Shown piece by piece: positions 36,113 to 46,481 of a DNA stretch of 56,007 nt. A program made the position numbers and the translations under genes. Positions within the stretch are counted from its first letter, which is position 1. Each line of letters starts with the position of its first letter. The DNA is from a virus (taxonomy: Duplodnaviria > Caudoviricetes), in the IMG/VR virus record IMGVR_UViG_3300042389_001858, positions 1 to 56,007 of that record; one strand, written 5' to 3'. The notes beneath the pieces are model-generated. The model made no database searches. It was not told where the DNA came from and saw nothing but the letters and a program-made list of their open reading frames with translations.

Positions 36113-39100
36113 TTACTCCTGGGCAGATATTGACGGGGAAGGTGGGTGAGAGTTTTTCGGCGACGCCTGCCCACACAGGGACGATTAATTCTTGGGCCTT
36201 GGCAAGCGGGAGCACTTTGCCCGCTGGGTTGTCGCTGAACAGAACGAGCGGATTGATTTCCGGAACCCCGACCCAAATCAGCAGCGGATACTCTGTGGGA
36301 ATTGAATATCCGCAGAAATTTATTAAATTTGCAGCGGGACAGAGACACTCGCTCGGGCTGAAAAGCGACGGCACTGTTGTTGCTTGGGGCGCGAGCGGGG
36401 AAGCAGTGCTTCAGGTTCCTGCAGGGCTTTCGGGAGTGACTGCCATCGCGTCCACCTGGGTTAACGCGCTCGCGCTAAAGAGTGACGGCACTGTTGTTTC
36501 TTGGGGGGGGATGGGTTCGGCTAATGAACTGGCGGTTCCCGCCAATCTTTCGGGGGTGATTGCTATTTCGTCGGGATATTCACATTCGCTCGCGCTGAAA
36601 AACAACGGCACCGTTGTTGCTTGGGGCAATAATAATCAAGGTCAAACAGCGGTTCCTTCCGGGCTTTCGGGAGTGGCGGCTATTGCGGCGGGGGAAAGTT
36701 TTTCGCTCGCGCTGAAAAGCAACGGCACCGTTGTTGCCTGGGGTCGTAATCTCGAAGGCCAAACGGCGGTTCCTTCCGGGCTTTCGGGGGTGACGGCTAT
36801 TGCGGCTGGAGTGTATCACTCGCTTGCACTGAAGAGCAATGGCACGGTTGTTTCCTGGGGTATGTCATCGGGGACTGTCCTTGAGAGTTCTCCCGCAGTC
36901 CCTGTCGGGCTTTCCGGGGTGGTTGCTATTGCGGCAGGGCAAAAATACTCGCTCGCGCTGAAAAATGACGGCACCGTTGTTCATTGGGGGATGCCCCCGG
37001 AATGGCTGCCTTCCTCCGATCTTTCGGGTGTCACTGCTCTTTTTGGGGGGCCGCAACATATATTCGCGCTAAAAAATGACGAAACAGCTATTGTGTGGGG
37101 GATGCCATATTGGGGCGGCGGCCTCTTCTTGCCGCCATGGCTGTCAATCGCCCGGGCCGTTACCAGCGTGAATTTCACCATTAACCCAGGCGCGCCGATC
37201 ATCACGGCCAATCAATCCTTTTCCGGAAAAGTGGGAACGGCTTTCTCCGCCACGCCAACCCTCGCAGACCCCACGAACCGCCCGGCTACGGGCTGGGCCG
37301 CCACAGGATTGCCTGCGGGGCTCTCGATCAATGCCTCCACGGGGGCGATCACGGGAACTCCTCAGGATAGCGGAACTTCCACCATTACGCTCACGGCCAC
37401 GGGATCCGGTGGGGCGGATACCGAGACAATTACGATTGCCATCGCGGTAGGGCCTCCAAAAATTCTTTGGCCAACGCCTCCCCGGTTCACGGCAAAAGTT
37501 GGCGAACAATTTTCGGCAACAATTTTGCTGGATGACCCGCTAAATCGACCAGCTACATCTTTTGTGTGGTGGCCCAGAGGGTTGGAATATTTAGGTTTTT
37601 CTTTGAGCAATTCGGGTCAAATTAGTGGAACGCCGACATCGCGAGGTTCGTTTACTACATCATTTCGCGCTATTGGTCCTGGAGGCAGCAGTGGCGCGCT
37701 TGATCCTGATGAAACTCCTAGATCTTGGTCCAATGGATATGATGGATCGCATGATAACTTTGTTTGGGTGACTTTCACGATCGCCGCAGGCGTGCCGATC
37801 ATCACGGCGAATCAATCCGCGCAGGGCGTTGTGAATTTTGCATTTGCAAAAACCTTTAGCCTCGTCGATGCAGCCAATCGTCCGGCATCGAGTTGGGCCG
37901 TCACGGGATTGCCGCCGGGGCTTTCGATCAGTGCATCCACGGGTGCGATCACCGGCACGCCTGGCGCTGCGGGATCTTACCAAATCTTTCTCACCGCGAC
38001 AGGCGAGGGGGGCGTTTCGGCCACCACGGCTGCCACGATCACGATCTCCGCGGGCGCGCCGATCATCGATCCAGGGCAATCCTTCGCGGGCAAGGTGGGG
38101 GTGGCGTTTCCTGCCGTGCGCCCGACGATTCAAGATGCTACGAACCGAGCGCCTTCCGCGTGGGCTATCGGCGCCGGTTCTTCTTTGCCCGCGGGCCTTC
38201 AGATCAATTCGGATTCCGGAGTGATCAGCGGCACGCCTTTGGCGGTGGGGACATTCAGTGTGAATGTCCGCGCCTCGAATTCGAATGGGTTCAGCGAGGT
38301 GGCAGTGGGATTCACAATTACTCCCGGCGCGCCGATTTTGCTGGGTGAAACGATCAATGCCACTGCGGGATCGCAAATTTCAAGATTTGTCGGGCGGGCG
38401 GATGTGGTGAATCGCCCGATTACTTCATTCAGTGCCTCGGGGTTGCCTGCATGGCTTTCACTAGATGCGGCGTCTGGTCGGTTGTCCGGAGTTGCTGGGG
38501 GTAGTGGGGTTTCTCTTTTCACGGTTACGGCCACGGGGCCTGGCGGCACCAACACGGCTACTATCACGATCAATGTGGGGGTGGGGGTGGGGTATTACGA
38601 GGTGCGCAATGCCGAAACGGGGGTGATCTACCTGCGCACCGCGCAAAGCGACTTCGTGATCTCGAATCTCGAGCCTGCCACCACCTATAACCTCGAAATC
38701 CGTGCCTACAACGGCGGGGGGCCATCCGCGCCGCAGGTCCTGCAAGTCACGACTCTGCCGCTTGCCGGCAGGCCGGCATCCTCGGATCGCATTCGCCTGT
38801 TGCCCGTGTCGGAAAAATTCACCTCCAGTAGCGATTCGAAGTCTCTGCCGCCTTCTGTCTCTTCCGCAGATGCCTTCATGAAGAATCTCTGGGTGAAGAA
38901 AACCGCTCAGGCCACGGCGCAGTTCAACACCAACGCAGCTGCCTTCAATGGACAATTTGTTCGCGGCGAGGATATCGTGGATATGGATTGGGTGCTGGAT
39001 GGGTTGCCTGCCGCTCAATACGATCGGTCCCAAGAAAAAGTCCTGCTCACCGAAGGCGTGACAGCCTCGATTTTGCGATACGATAGTGCGAATTTCGCCG

Positions 39101-39507
39101 CGGCCTACGGCGGCGAATATATCGACGGGCAGATTCGGCAGACGATCCTCCATGCACGCATTAACACTACCGATGCCCGCCCGGGCGAGTGGATCACCGA
39201 AGCCTTCTTGCTTCCGGGGGCGGCTTTTAGGTTGCGGGTCTTATTCTACACAAACATGTTCAATACCATCCTCCGCCTCGGGGGGCCGACTCTCCACTAT
39301 GCCACCTACAAGGTGCCGCATACCTTCGAGGCTCAGGAGGCCCGAAGCGGGCGGGGGCTGACGCAGCTCGTGAACGGTGACGGGGCGCAGACCTTTGTGC
39401 GCACTTTAATTGACTGTGGCGAGGAGGAGCATGTGGTTTTCGCCATTAAAAACCCAGGGGGGATGCAGGAGACGCAGACCTCTCTAATCGTAGTCGCTGA
39501 GCGATGA
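36109..39507 (+). CDS. RCC1-repeat beta-propeller plus Ig-like (He_PIG) and FN3 tail protein
   Basis: About 7 repeats of AIAAG..HSLALKSNGTVVAWG, several GLPAGLSINASTGAITGTP units, and NLEPATTYNLEIRAYN. Confidence 0.88.
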   Translation: MITPGQILTGKVGESFSATPAHTGTINSWALASGSTLPAGLSLNRTSGLISGTPTQISSGYSVGIEYPQKFIKFAAGQRHSLGLKSDGTVVAWGASGEAVLQVPAGLSGVTAIASTWVNALALKSDGTVVSWGGMGSANELAVPANLSGVIAISSGYSHSLALKNNGTVVAWGNNNQGQTAVPSGLSGVAAIAAGESFSLALKSNGTVVAWGRNLEGQTAVPSGLSGVTAIAAGVYHSLALKSNGTVVSWGMSSGTVLESSPAVPVGLSGVVAIAAGQKYSLALKNDGTVVHWGMPPEWLPSSDLSGVTALFGGPQHIFALKNDETAIVWGMPYWGGGLFLPPWLSIARAVTSVNFTINPGAPIITANQSFSGKVGTAFSATPTLADPTNRPATGWAATGLPAGLSINASTGAITGTPQDSGTSTITLTATGSGGADTETITIAIAVGPPKILWPTPPRFTAKVGEQFSATILLDDPLNRPATSFVWWPRGLEYLGFSLSNSGQISGTPTSRGSFTTSFRAIGPGGSSGALDPDETPRSWSNGYDGSHDNFVWVTFTIAAGVPIITANQSAQGVVNFAFAKTFSLVDAANRPASSWAVTGLPPGLSISASTGAITGTPGAAGSYQIFLTATGEGGVSATTAATITISAGAPIIDPGQSFAGKVGVAFPAVRPTIQDATNRAPSAWAIGAGSSLPAGLQINSDSGVISGTPLAVGTFSVNVRASNSNGFSEVAVGFTITPGAPILLGETINATAGSQISRFVGRADVVNRPITSFSASGLPAWLSLDAASGRLSGVAGGSGVSLFTVTATGPGGTNTATITINVGVGVGYYEVRNAETGVIYLRTAQSDFVISNLEPATTYNLEIRAYNGGGPSAPQVLQVTTLPLAGRPASSDRIRLLPVSEKFTSSSDSKSLPPSVSSADAFMKNLWVKKTAQATAQFNTNAAAFNGQFVRGEDIVDMDWVLDGLPAAQYDRSQEKVLLTEGVTASILRYDSANFAAAYGGEYIDGQIRQTILHARINTTDARPGEWITEAFLLPGAAFRLRVLFYTNMFNTILRLGGPTLHYATYKVPHTFEAQEARSGRGLTQLVNGDGAQTFVRTLIDCGEEEHVVFAIKNPGGMQETQTSLIVVAER

Positions 39508-40718
39508 GTGCCTGTTGTCACATCCAGAGACTTGAGACGAATTGCCCGCAGATTCCTACGCAGGACCCCGGTGGCGGCACGGTGACGCCGGTGCCGCCCA
39601 CGGTGGATCAGGGACTGTGGTTCGAGTGCGCGCTGTCTTCCTGCCATCCGGGCGTCGGGTTTGTGCGGCTCTATAATTCCGGAGGAACGCTTCTCTATTC
39701 AGGCTGCCCGAGCGGCAGGCCGCGCACCTATGTGGCGTTCAATGCGGGCCTGCTGGATTATGGTTCGTATGTCCATGTGGATTATGCTAGATCGGGAGGG
39801 GGGCTGCAGTCGCCTTGCTACGGGGGTCATCAATGCGACGGGGCGCAATTTAAAGTAGGCCTTGGGAAATCCCAGATTGGCGTTGCGGATTTGAACAATG
39901 GAGCGAGCGGTGGCGAGCGTTTCAACCGCCTCTCGATCCCGAACGGGATTATCGATGCCTATCTTGCAGGCCTCAACCCCGGCACCGGCCCGGCCCCGGT
40001 CTCGCCCACGGGGCTTACCGCCACATACATGACCCAGCAGAAGATCGTCCTCATCTGGAACGATCTCTCCACGAACGAAACCGGTTATCAAGTCCAGCGT
40101 CTTGTCGAGGGGGGGCAATGGCAAACCCTCGCCACCACGCCTGCCAACACCAGCATCTACAAAGACGAGGCGCCTCCCAATACCATCGCCTTCGGCTACG
40201 GCAAGAAATACTCCTACCGTGTCCGCGCCGCTCAGGGCACCACCTTTTCCGACTTCACCACCATCGCCGAAGTCACCACCCCGCTCCCGCCCGACCCCTC
40301 TCGCCGCCAGGTCTGCTTCGTGGAGGTCGATACCTGCAATCTCTGGACCGAAGTAATTCCAAATGCCGTAGCCGCCGTGAACTATGTCCCTGTGGGCTTC
40401 AAGATCGCTACCCTCCCCGCGGGGAAATCTTTCCGCATCGCTCTCATCAACTACGCCTCCCGAGGCAGCGCCTCCGTCTCCGCCGGATCCATCCTCGAAG
40501 TTCGTCGCGCCGGGGCCATCCTCGCCAGCTACCCTCTCTCCATCGTCTCCACTAGCAGCGACCTCTCGCCGTTTCCCTTTGATAGCCGCTCCATTGATGG
40601 AAACCCCTTCGTTATCCAAAACTCCTGGGGCACCGATGTTGATATCGTCGCTGCCGGGGGCGCTCCCGGCTTCCCTGGCATCTACTTCGATGACAGCGCT
40701 GCCTACCAGATTGTATGA
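39504..40718 (+). CDS. FN3-domain protein with a Cys-rich N-terminus
   Basis: PTGLTAT..LIWNDLSTNETGYQVQR..YSYRVRA. Confidence 0.75.
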   Translation: MSACCHIQRLETNCPQIPTQDPGGGTVTPVPPTVDQGLWFECALSSCHPGVGFVRLYNSGGTLLYSGCPSGRPRTYVAFNAGLLDYGSYVHVDYARSGGGLQSPCYGGHQCDGAQFKVGLGKSQIGVADLNNGASGGERFNRLSIPNGIIDAYLAGLNPGTGPAPVSPTGLTATYMTQQKIVLIWNDLSTNETGYQVQRLVEGGQWQTLATTPANTSIYKDEAPPNTIAFGYGKKYSYRVRAAQGTTFSDFTTIAEVTTPLPPDPSRRQVCFVEVDTCNLWTEVIPNAVAAVNYVPVGFKIATLPAGKSFRIALINYASRGSASVSAGSILEVRRAGAILASYPLSIVSTSSDLSPFPFDSRSIDGNPFVIQNSWGTDVDIVAAGGAPGFPGIYFDDSAAYQIV

Positions 40719-40978
40719 GAAGTCTCCTCGCCAAAGCCTACTCCGCCAGCCAGGAAGTCGGCACTTGGGCCGCCCATGGCTTCCCGCTTGCGGAAAGGGA
40801 ATCCCGCCTCGCCATCTGCCGCGCCTGCGAGCAATTTGAGGCGGATCACTGCAAGCTCTGCGGTTGTTATATGCCCGCCAAAGCCGCCCTTGCGACCGCC
40901 TGCTGCCCCGCGGGCAAATGGCACGGCATCCCCATGCAGCAAAACGCCCCTGCCGCCCGCTCCTGCGGCTGCCGCTGA
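40715..40978 (+). CDS. Small Cys-rich protein (DUF6171-like)
   Basis: RLAICRACE..CKLCGCYM.AK......CPAGKW. Confidence 0.7.
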   Translation: MRSLLAKAYSASQEVGTWAAHGFPLAERESRLAICRACEQFEADHCKLCGCYMPAKAALATACCPAGKWHGIPMQQNAPAARSCGCR

Positions 40979-41004
40979 AGGGTTGACGCCTCCCGCTCGT
41001 GGGT

Positions 41005-41478
41005 ATGCGCCTCTTCGTGGATCTCGACACTCTGGTTGTTTCCGACTACCAGAACGCCGCTCTTTCCGCGATCACCGCTCGCCGCTCCGATCGCTTTCCC
41101 GTTCATGTCCGTTTTCAGAGAGGTGGCGTTGTGCAGGAGCTTCCATATGGGGCTACTGGCAAAATTGTGCTTAAAAAAATCTCCGACTTCTCCGGGTATC
41201 CCGTGGCCTGGTCCCCGGGGTGGCGCAAGCTCGGTTACGGCACCGGGTCTTATTACGCCTTCCAGCTCGATCTCTTCACCCGCCAGGTCGTGGATCAATT
41301 CCTTTCCCTTCAGGGCGAACTTCCCTCCATCGCCCTCGCTATGGAGATTCAGTGGGGATACCGCGGAACCCGCCGCGCCAGTCGGGCCGTCCCTTTCACC
41401 ATCGAGAACGATTATGTGCGCCTCGAGGATGCGGAGGAGCCTCCCGAGCCGATCGAGGTGCCTCCTCCCGCTCCCTGA
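41005..41478 (+). CDS. Putative fibre-attachment/baseplate upper protein (paralog A)
   Basis: GTTGAC-17-ATG. RRSDRFPVHVRF, LPYGATG, LAMEIQW and ENDYVR. Confidence 0.6.
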   Translation: MRLFVDLDTLVVSDYQNAALSAITARRSDRFPVHVRFQRGGVVQELPYGATGKIVLKKISDFSGYPVAWSPGWRKLGYGTGSYYAFQLDLFTRQVVDQFLSLQGELPSIALAMEIQWGYRGTRRASRAVPFTIENDYVRLEDAEEPPEPIEVPPPAP

Positions 41479-41510
41479 AAAGGAAAAGTTGACGCCTGCC
41501 CTTGGAGGCG

Positions 41511-42101
41511 ATGCGGATCGCGATTCAAAAAGATACCAGGCAGGTTGTCTCCTGGGCCAACGAGGCCATCGCCAGCCTCTCCTTCACCCGGCGCGATAAA
41601 TTTCCCGTCGAGGTCCGCTTTATCGAAGGTGCTGGTTACGCCACCCTTCCCGCCGGGGCCACCGGCCGCCTCGCCCTCAAGCTTCCCGGAGACTACGCCG
41701 GCGCGGCCCGTGTCGTCTCCCCGGCCTGGGTCATCTCTGGAACCGGGCGCAACACCACTTACACCTTCCTGGTCGATCTCAATACCCAAGAGGTTGCCAC
41801 TCTCTTTTCGCAAGAGCCCGCCTCCATCTCCCTCGCCCTCGAAATCGAATGGGTTTACAGCCAGGGCGGGCTTACCGGCGTCCGCCAGACATCCGTTCCC
41901 GTCCCTGTTATCGTCGCGAATGACTATATTCGCGATACCGATGGAACGCCCGCCGCCGCCATCGACCTGAAGGCGACTCAGGCTGAAGCCGAGGCGGGAA
42001 TCTCCAACGAAAAGTGGATGACGCCGCTTCGCACAAGGCAGGCAATCGACTCTCAGGCGACCCCGCGATCGATTGCCATGACGCTGGCGCTGGGGAGTTG
42101 A
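41511..42101 (+). CDS. Putative fibre-attachment/baseplate upper protein (paralog B)
   Basis: GTTGAC-17-ATG. RRDKFPVEVRF, LPAGATG, LALEIEW, ANDYIR, and the fibre motif ATQAEAEAG..WMTPLR. Confidence 0.65.
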   Translation: MRIAIQKDTRQVVSWANEAIASLSFTRRDKFPVEVRFIEGAGYATLPAGATGRLALKLPGDYAGAARVVSPAWVISGTGRNTTYTFLVDLNTQEVATLFSQEPASISLALEIEWVYSQGGLTGVRQTSVPVPVIVANDYIRDTDGTPAAAIDLKATQAEAEAGISNEKWMTPLRTRQAIDSQATPRSIAMTLALGS

Positions 42102-42119
42102 CGGCTCGGGATTTTTGTT

Positions 42120-42764
42120 ATGAAGCAAATCGCCAACAACTACACTTTCGACGCCAGTGACAAGAAGGTCACTCTGACCGGCATTTTGGTCCCCTTGCAG
42201 CGCGTCTTGCTGATTGTAAATGCGACTCGCAATCAAGTTATTTTCAATTTTGCAGAGGCCGGGCGTGGGGCGGTGAATGTTGAGTCTGTTTCGGGCAATA
42301 CGGTCATCACGCTGCAATATGATACGACCGCATTTGCGGACACCGACTCGCTGACGATTTACTACGACGATGGGCTGAGTCGGGAAGAATCCCTCACGCT
42401 GACCGACCTGGACAAAATCGCCGGGGCCAATCCCGCCGAATGGCTTAATGCGCCTGGGCAGGGGCAGGTCGCGGCCAGGGTGCCTGTCAATGGTGTAAGA
42501 ACACTTGCGTTTGCCGAAATCCCGGGAACGGCTCCCGAGGATCCTACGGACATTTTGCCCGCCAACGCGGGTAGAAGCTATCTGCTGTTCCAAAACTTGT
42601 CCGAACAGCCGATCCACCTTTCCTTCAGCGGTCCTGCCACCACTTCGTCCCTGCGCGTAGACGGCGGCGGCGGGCTTGTTTTTGAAAGTGGGATCGTGCC
42701 CTCCAACGCCGTTTCCATCCTGCGGACAGCAGAGAACCAAAAATACTACCTCGCGCACGCCTAA
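42120..42764 (+). CDS. Tail/fibre-associated protein
   Basis: GTTGAC-17-ATG; YTFDAS..LLIVNATRNQVIFNFA. Confidence 0.65.
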   Translation: MKQIANNYTFDASDKKVTLTGILVPLQRVLLIVNATRNQVIFNFAEAGRGAVNVESVSGNTVITLQYDTTAFADTDSLTIYYDDGLSREESLTLTDLDKIAGANPAEWLNAPGQGQVAARVPVNGVRTLAFAEIPGTAPEDPTDILPANAGRSYLLFQNLSEQPIHLSFSGPATTSSLRVDGGGGLVFESGIVPSNAVSILRTAENQKYYLAHA

Positions 42765-42766
42765 CT

Positions 42767-43903
42767 ATGGGACTCTTCTCAACACTACCCCACAGGAATA
42801 CGCACAAAACCGGAGGTCGGGATGCCCTGACGCCCGCAGACATTGGGGCGGCTAGTTTGGTTGGCGGTAAAGTCCCCGCCGAACAGTTGCCCAGCGGGCT
42901 TGGGGGCGGCGCGTTGTTTTCCACTGATCTCCCCGACTCTACCATGAGTCAAGCGGTTGGGGGTGCTCCCGCTCAAACAGCATCCACTTGGGAGACAAAA
43001 TCGGTCAACCAAATCTTGGGGGACATTCTTTTCCCAACTGTTCTACCTACATACACGGTTCCCACGGCGGCGCTTTCGTTCAACCCAGCGTTGCCCAGTA
43101 TTTTCGAGGTTGGGCAGAATTATAGCGGGGTTGTCACCGCGACTTTCATTAAAAACGACGCTGGCGCGTTTAGTGGGGCCTATTCTGTATCCCGAAGCGG
43201 GGTATCTGGAATTCTCGGGGATACTGGACCAGCCACCGAAGGATCGGCTACGGATGTCCCCGATCAGTTCTACCCCAACCCCAACAGCCCAAACAGGTCC
43301 TATGCCAGAACTTTGAGTGAAAACTTTACGCTGGCTCTTGGAACCACCTCTTGGGTGGGCAATTCTTTTCAAGGATACTTAGCGGGTTTGGCGAAAAAAG
43401 ATAATAAAGGGCTCAATGATACTCGAACTCCATCAGTCCGTTCTGCCAACGCCCCCCAAGCCGCTTCTTCACCTTTTAGTTCGGCGACAGTGAACGCTAA
43501 CGCGATTTACCCTTGGTTCTGGGGCAAGTCTTCGTCGCTGCCGACTAAAGCCAGTATTGCTACCGCTATCGCGAGCGGGGCGACAAACAGAAATTTAGCA
43601 ACCGCCAACGGAACGCTAGGGATCACATTTGCGGCTACCAACGAATTTATCTGGTTCGCACTTCCGCAGTTCAGTGGCCCGAGTTCTTCCACTCCCGCTA
43701 AAACCAAGTGGTATGTGAATGAAACCAACCAAGGCAATATCGAATCGACGGGGCTGTTCGCGCCCGCAGGCGCTACACAGGCCGTAGATGCACCTTTAGT
43801 TAGCCCAGAAACAACCCGCCGTTGGACCGGGGTGCAATACCAGATTTATATCAGCAATTTCGCCACGACTACATCGGGAGTGATGCAGATTAGAGAAAAC
43901 TAA
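42767..43903 (+). CDS. Tail fibre-associated protein
   Basis: HKTGGRDALTPADIGA and GKVPAEQLP fibre motifs. Confidence 0.7.
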   Translation: MGLFSTLPHRNTHKTGGRDALTPADIGAASLVGGKVPAEQLPSGLGGGALFSTDLPDSTMSQAVGGAPAQTASTWETKSVNQILGDILFPTVLPTYTVPTAALSFNPALPSIFEVGQNYSGVVTATFIKNDAGAFSGAYSVSRSGVSGILGDTGPATEGSATDVPDQFYPNPNSPNRSYARTLSENFTLALGTTSWVGNSFQGYLAGLAKKDNKGLNDTRTPSVRSANAPQAASSPFSSATVNANAIYPWFWGKSSSLPTKASIATAIASGATNRNLATANGTLGITFAATNEFIWFALPQFSGPSSSTPAKTKWYVNETNQGNIESTGLFAPAGATQAVDAPLVSPETTRRWTGVQYQIYISNFATTTSGVMQIREN

Positions 43904-43905
43904 GT

Positions 43906-46176
43906 ATGGCTATTTCAATCAACGACAATCTTGGAGTTCAGGCAAACAAGCCGCTGGATGATCGCTACGGCCCTTACACTGAAGCGGACGAGGCGGCGGC
44001 GATTCTTGCCGCAAACAACGCCGTTCCTTCTGCTCGCCGCTTCCGAGGGCTGGTCGTAGGACTGAACATCAACGGCGTGATTTCGGAATACTGGTATAAA
44101 GATGGAGTTGCCAACGAAAATCTTGTGTCCAAGCAGACCCCCATCTCCGATGTGAGCGGTCTTCAAACCGCCCTCGACGGCAAACAGCCCGCAGGCTCCT
44201 ACGCCACGCTGACCGGCGGAAAACTGACTTCCTCGCAACTCCCCGATCTAGCGATTTCCGACTACCTTGGCAGTGCCGCTAATCAGACCGAAATGCTTGC
44301 CTTGACGGGCCAGAAAGGCGATTGGGTAACGCGAACAGATGACGGCAAGGTCTATGTCATCACGGGCGATACGCCAAGCGAAGCCTCATCTTGGACGGCG
44401 CTCTCCTACCCCACTTCGCCAGTCACTTCTGTAAACGGCGAAACGGGCACGGTCACGCTTGACGCGGCAGATGTTAAAGCCCTTCCGGACCACTACACTG
44501 TAGAGGGAGCAGGGGACAGCGCTGCAAATGGTTTATACAAAAGTGATCACGCCGCTACGGCTACTTTTTCGCAATACCGTTATCTCAAGTCCGATGGGAG
44601 TGGGTGGAGAATAGATACTGCATCTGGCGGGAATCCTTCCCGTAGTTGGTGGAGAATTAGAAGGCCGGATTTGACTGTAGCTTATGTTTCGCAAACAATT
44701 TTCCCTGGGAACGATACATCTATTGATGGGGTTGATTTTGCGCTTGATAATGGAACTGTTGTAGGAAACGGTGTATCGCCTTCGCCAAAAGTTTTTTTAA
44801 CGCACACCCACAGAAGTTTTACAGGGGCTACTTCTACCGCTGTCGGCAAGAGCGGGTTTGTCCCCCGGCCCAGCTGGGGCGACCAAGACAAATACCTTAA
44901 GGGTGACGGAACTTGGGGGACTGTTGTCTCTGGAGTCACTTCCGTAAACGGCGAAACAGGCGCGGTTGCTCTGACGGCTGCGGATGTCGGCGCACTCGGC
45001 CTTTCCGCTTCCAGCTATATCATCGCAAAGCCAGGGGACGATCTTGCGGCGAAATACACCGAGGCTAAGGCGCTGACTCCGAACGGGGCTGCGAAGTCCG
45101 CAACCAACCGCGCGAGCCTTATTATTATCCCCGGAACTTACTCGGCGTCCGCCAAGTGGGTTATTGATGGCGAATTTGTGGATGTGATCGGGCTGGGGTC
45201 TTCGCCGCACAACCCTGCCGTCATCTTCAACTACACGGGGGCGGCTGTCAGTGGATACGATGGGGTCGTTCGTATAACCGCAGACGATGTTCGGGTGGTC
45301 GGCATTTCGACTCCCAATCAGCGAATATTTCTGTCTTCCGGCAGGCCGAAGCAGGTTGTTGAAAATTGTGCGGGTGGGGATAGTTGTTTTATAACTGGCC
45401 AGTATCAGTTCCACACGGGAACGATTATTGGTTGCAAGGGCGGCGCTGAATCGTTTGCCTTTGCTGGAAATACCGCCGGAACTTATATCAATTGCGTGGG
45501 AGGCGATGCGTCCTTCAACGCCTACGGAATCGGATACGGAAAATACACAGACTGCACTGGGGGCAGCAACAGTTTTGGATTTGGCGGGGTGGCTGTTGGG
45601 ACATATCTTCGCTGCACTGCAGGCTGGGGTAGCTTTGGAATCTATAATAATACGATTATCAACAACGGCTTTTTCCTAAATTGTGTAGCTAAGGGCAATA
45701 GCTTTGGCAGTCAGTCGTTGGCTGGGTTTCATGGGGTGGCGGTGAACTGCTTCGATCCGGATGGAGCCAGTGGCCCGTCGTTCGGAGAGACATTCGAGCG
45801 ATTGGGGACGGCTTCGGCGGATACAGATACAATAACAATGCTCAATCACGGGCTTGTGCAGGGGCAATTTCATCGCTTTCGAAGGCTGTATGGCGGGAGC
45901 GGCTTGGATTACAACATCAATTATTGCATAAGAAATGCCACCCCTGACACATTCCAAGTCAGCCTGTCTTCGTCCGGGCCGATTGTCGATATTACGGCAG
46001 ACTATACACTCATCTCCCGCGAGCTTGGGTTTTGCGCCCCCGGTAAGGCGGCTGCAAGGGGGCTTAATTATGCGGGGGGAACATCCGCCACTTCGGCCAA
46101 TACATTCGGGCACGCCCTTTTGCTGAACTGCTCTAATGCGCGCGGCGAGATCATTAATGGAAAGGATTCGGCATGA
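43906..46176 (+). CDS. Tail fibre/spike protein with a beta-helix-like C-terminus
   Basis: VTSVNGETG and YLKGDGTW modules; repeated G.Y..C.GG..SF units. Confidence 0.8.
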   Translation: MAISINDNLGVQANKPLDDRYGPYTEADEAAAILAANNAVPSARRFRGLVVGLNINGVISEYWYKDGVANENLVSKQTPISDVSGLQTALDGKQPAGSYATLTGGKLTSSQLPDLAISDYLGSAANQTEMLALTGQKGDWVTRTDDGKVYVITGDTPSEASSWTALSYPTSPVTSVNGETGTVTLDAADVKALPDHYTVEGAGDSAANGLYKSDHAATATFSQYRYLKSDGSGWRIDTASGGNPSRSWWRIRRPDLTVAYVSQTIFPGNDTSIDGVDFALDNGTVVGNGVSPSPKVFLTHTHRSFTGATSTAVGKSGFVPRPSWGDQDKYLKGDGTWGTVVSGVTSVNGETGAVALTAADVGALGLSASSYIIAKPGDDLAAKYTEAKALTPNGAAKSATNRASLIIIPGTYSASAKWVIDGEFVDVIGLGSSPHNPAVIFNYTGAAVSGYDGVVRITADDVRVVGISTPNQRIFLSSGRPKQVVENCAGGDSCFITGQYQFHTGTIIGCKGGAESFAFAGNTAGTYINCVGGDASFNAYGIGYGKYTDCTGGSNSFGFGGVAVGTYLRCTAGWGSFGIYNNTIINNGFFLNCVAKGNSFGSQSLAGFHGVAVNCFDPDGASGPSFGETFERLGTASADTDTITMLNHGLVQGQFHRFRRLYGGSGLDYNINYCIRNATPDTFQVSLSSSGPIVDITADYTLISRELGFCAPGKAAARGLNYAGGTSATSANTFGHALLLNCSNARGEIINGKDSA

Positions 46177-46478
46177 CAAGAGACTACACCCTGCAAAACA
46201 ATGAGTGGCAAGCTATACAAGAGATCGAGCTTTCCGCCGAAGAGCAGCAAGCATTCTCCTCGGAACCATCGGCAGACACCGCGCGCGTTATTGAAGAGGC
46301 GCGTCAAAGGGCGTGGTCGGCGGCGCCGGTCGAAGATTCGGAAGCCTGTTGGCAGATTTTCAATAGCCATAAGTTAGACGACTCTCATGCCCTTATTGCT
46401 GCGCACATTTCACTCCCGCAGGGGTCTGGGATTTTGAATTACCGCAAAGACTCGGAACATATTCAAGTAAGGTTTTAA
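46173..46478 (+). CDS. Small protein, possible fibre chaperone
   Basis: ATGA-coupled to the fibre gene; acidic, 101 aa. Confidence 0.55.
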   Translation: MTRDYTLQNNEWQAIQEIELSAEEQQAFSSEPSADTARVIEEARQRAWSAAPVEDSEACWQIFNSHKLDDSHALIAAHISLPQGSGILNYRKDSEHIQVRF

Positions 46479-46481
46479 GCA

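Noticed and set aside
36320-37100. CRISPR array or DGR template/variable repeats
   Set aside because: The repeats are degenerate in-frame RCC1 units. No unique spacers, adenine-specific pattern, reverse transcriptase or cas genes were seen.
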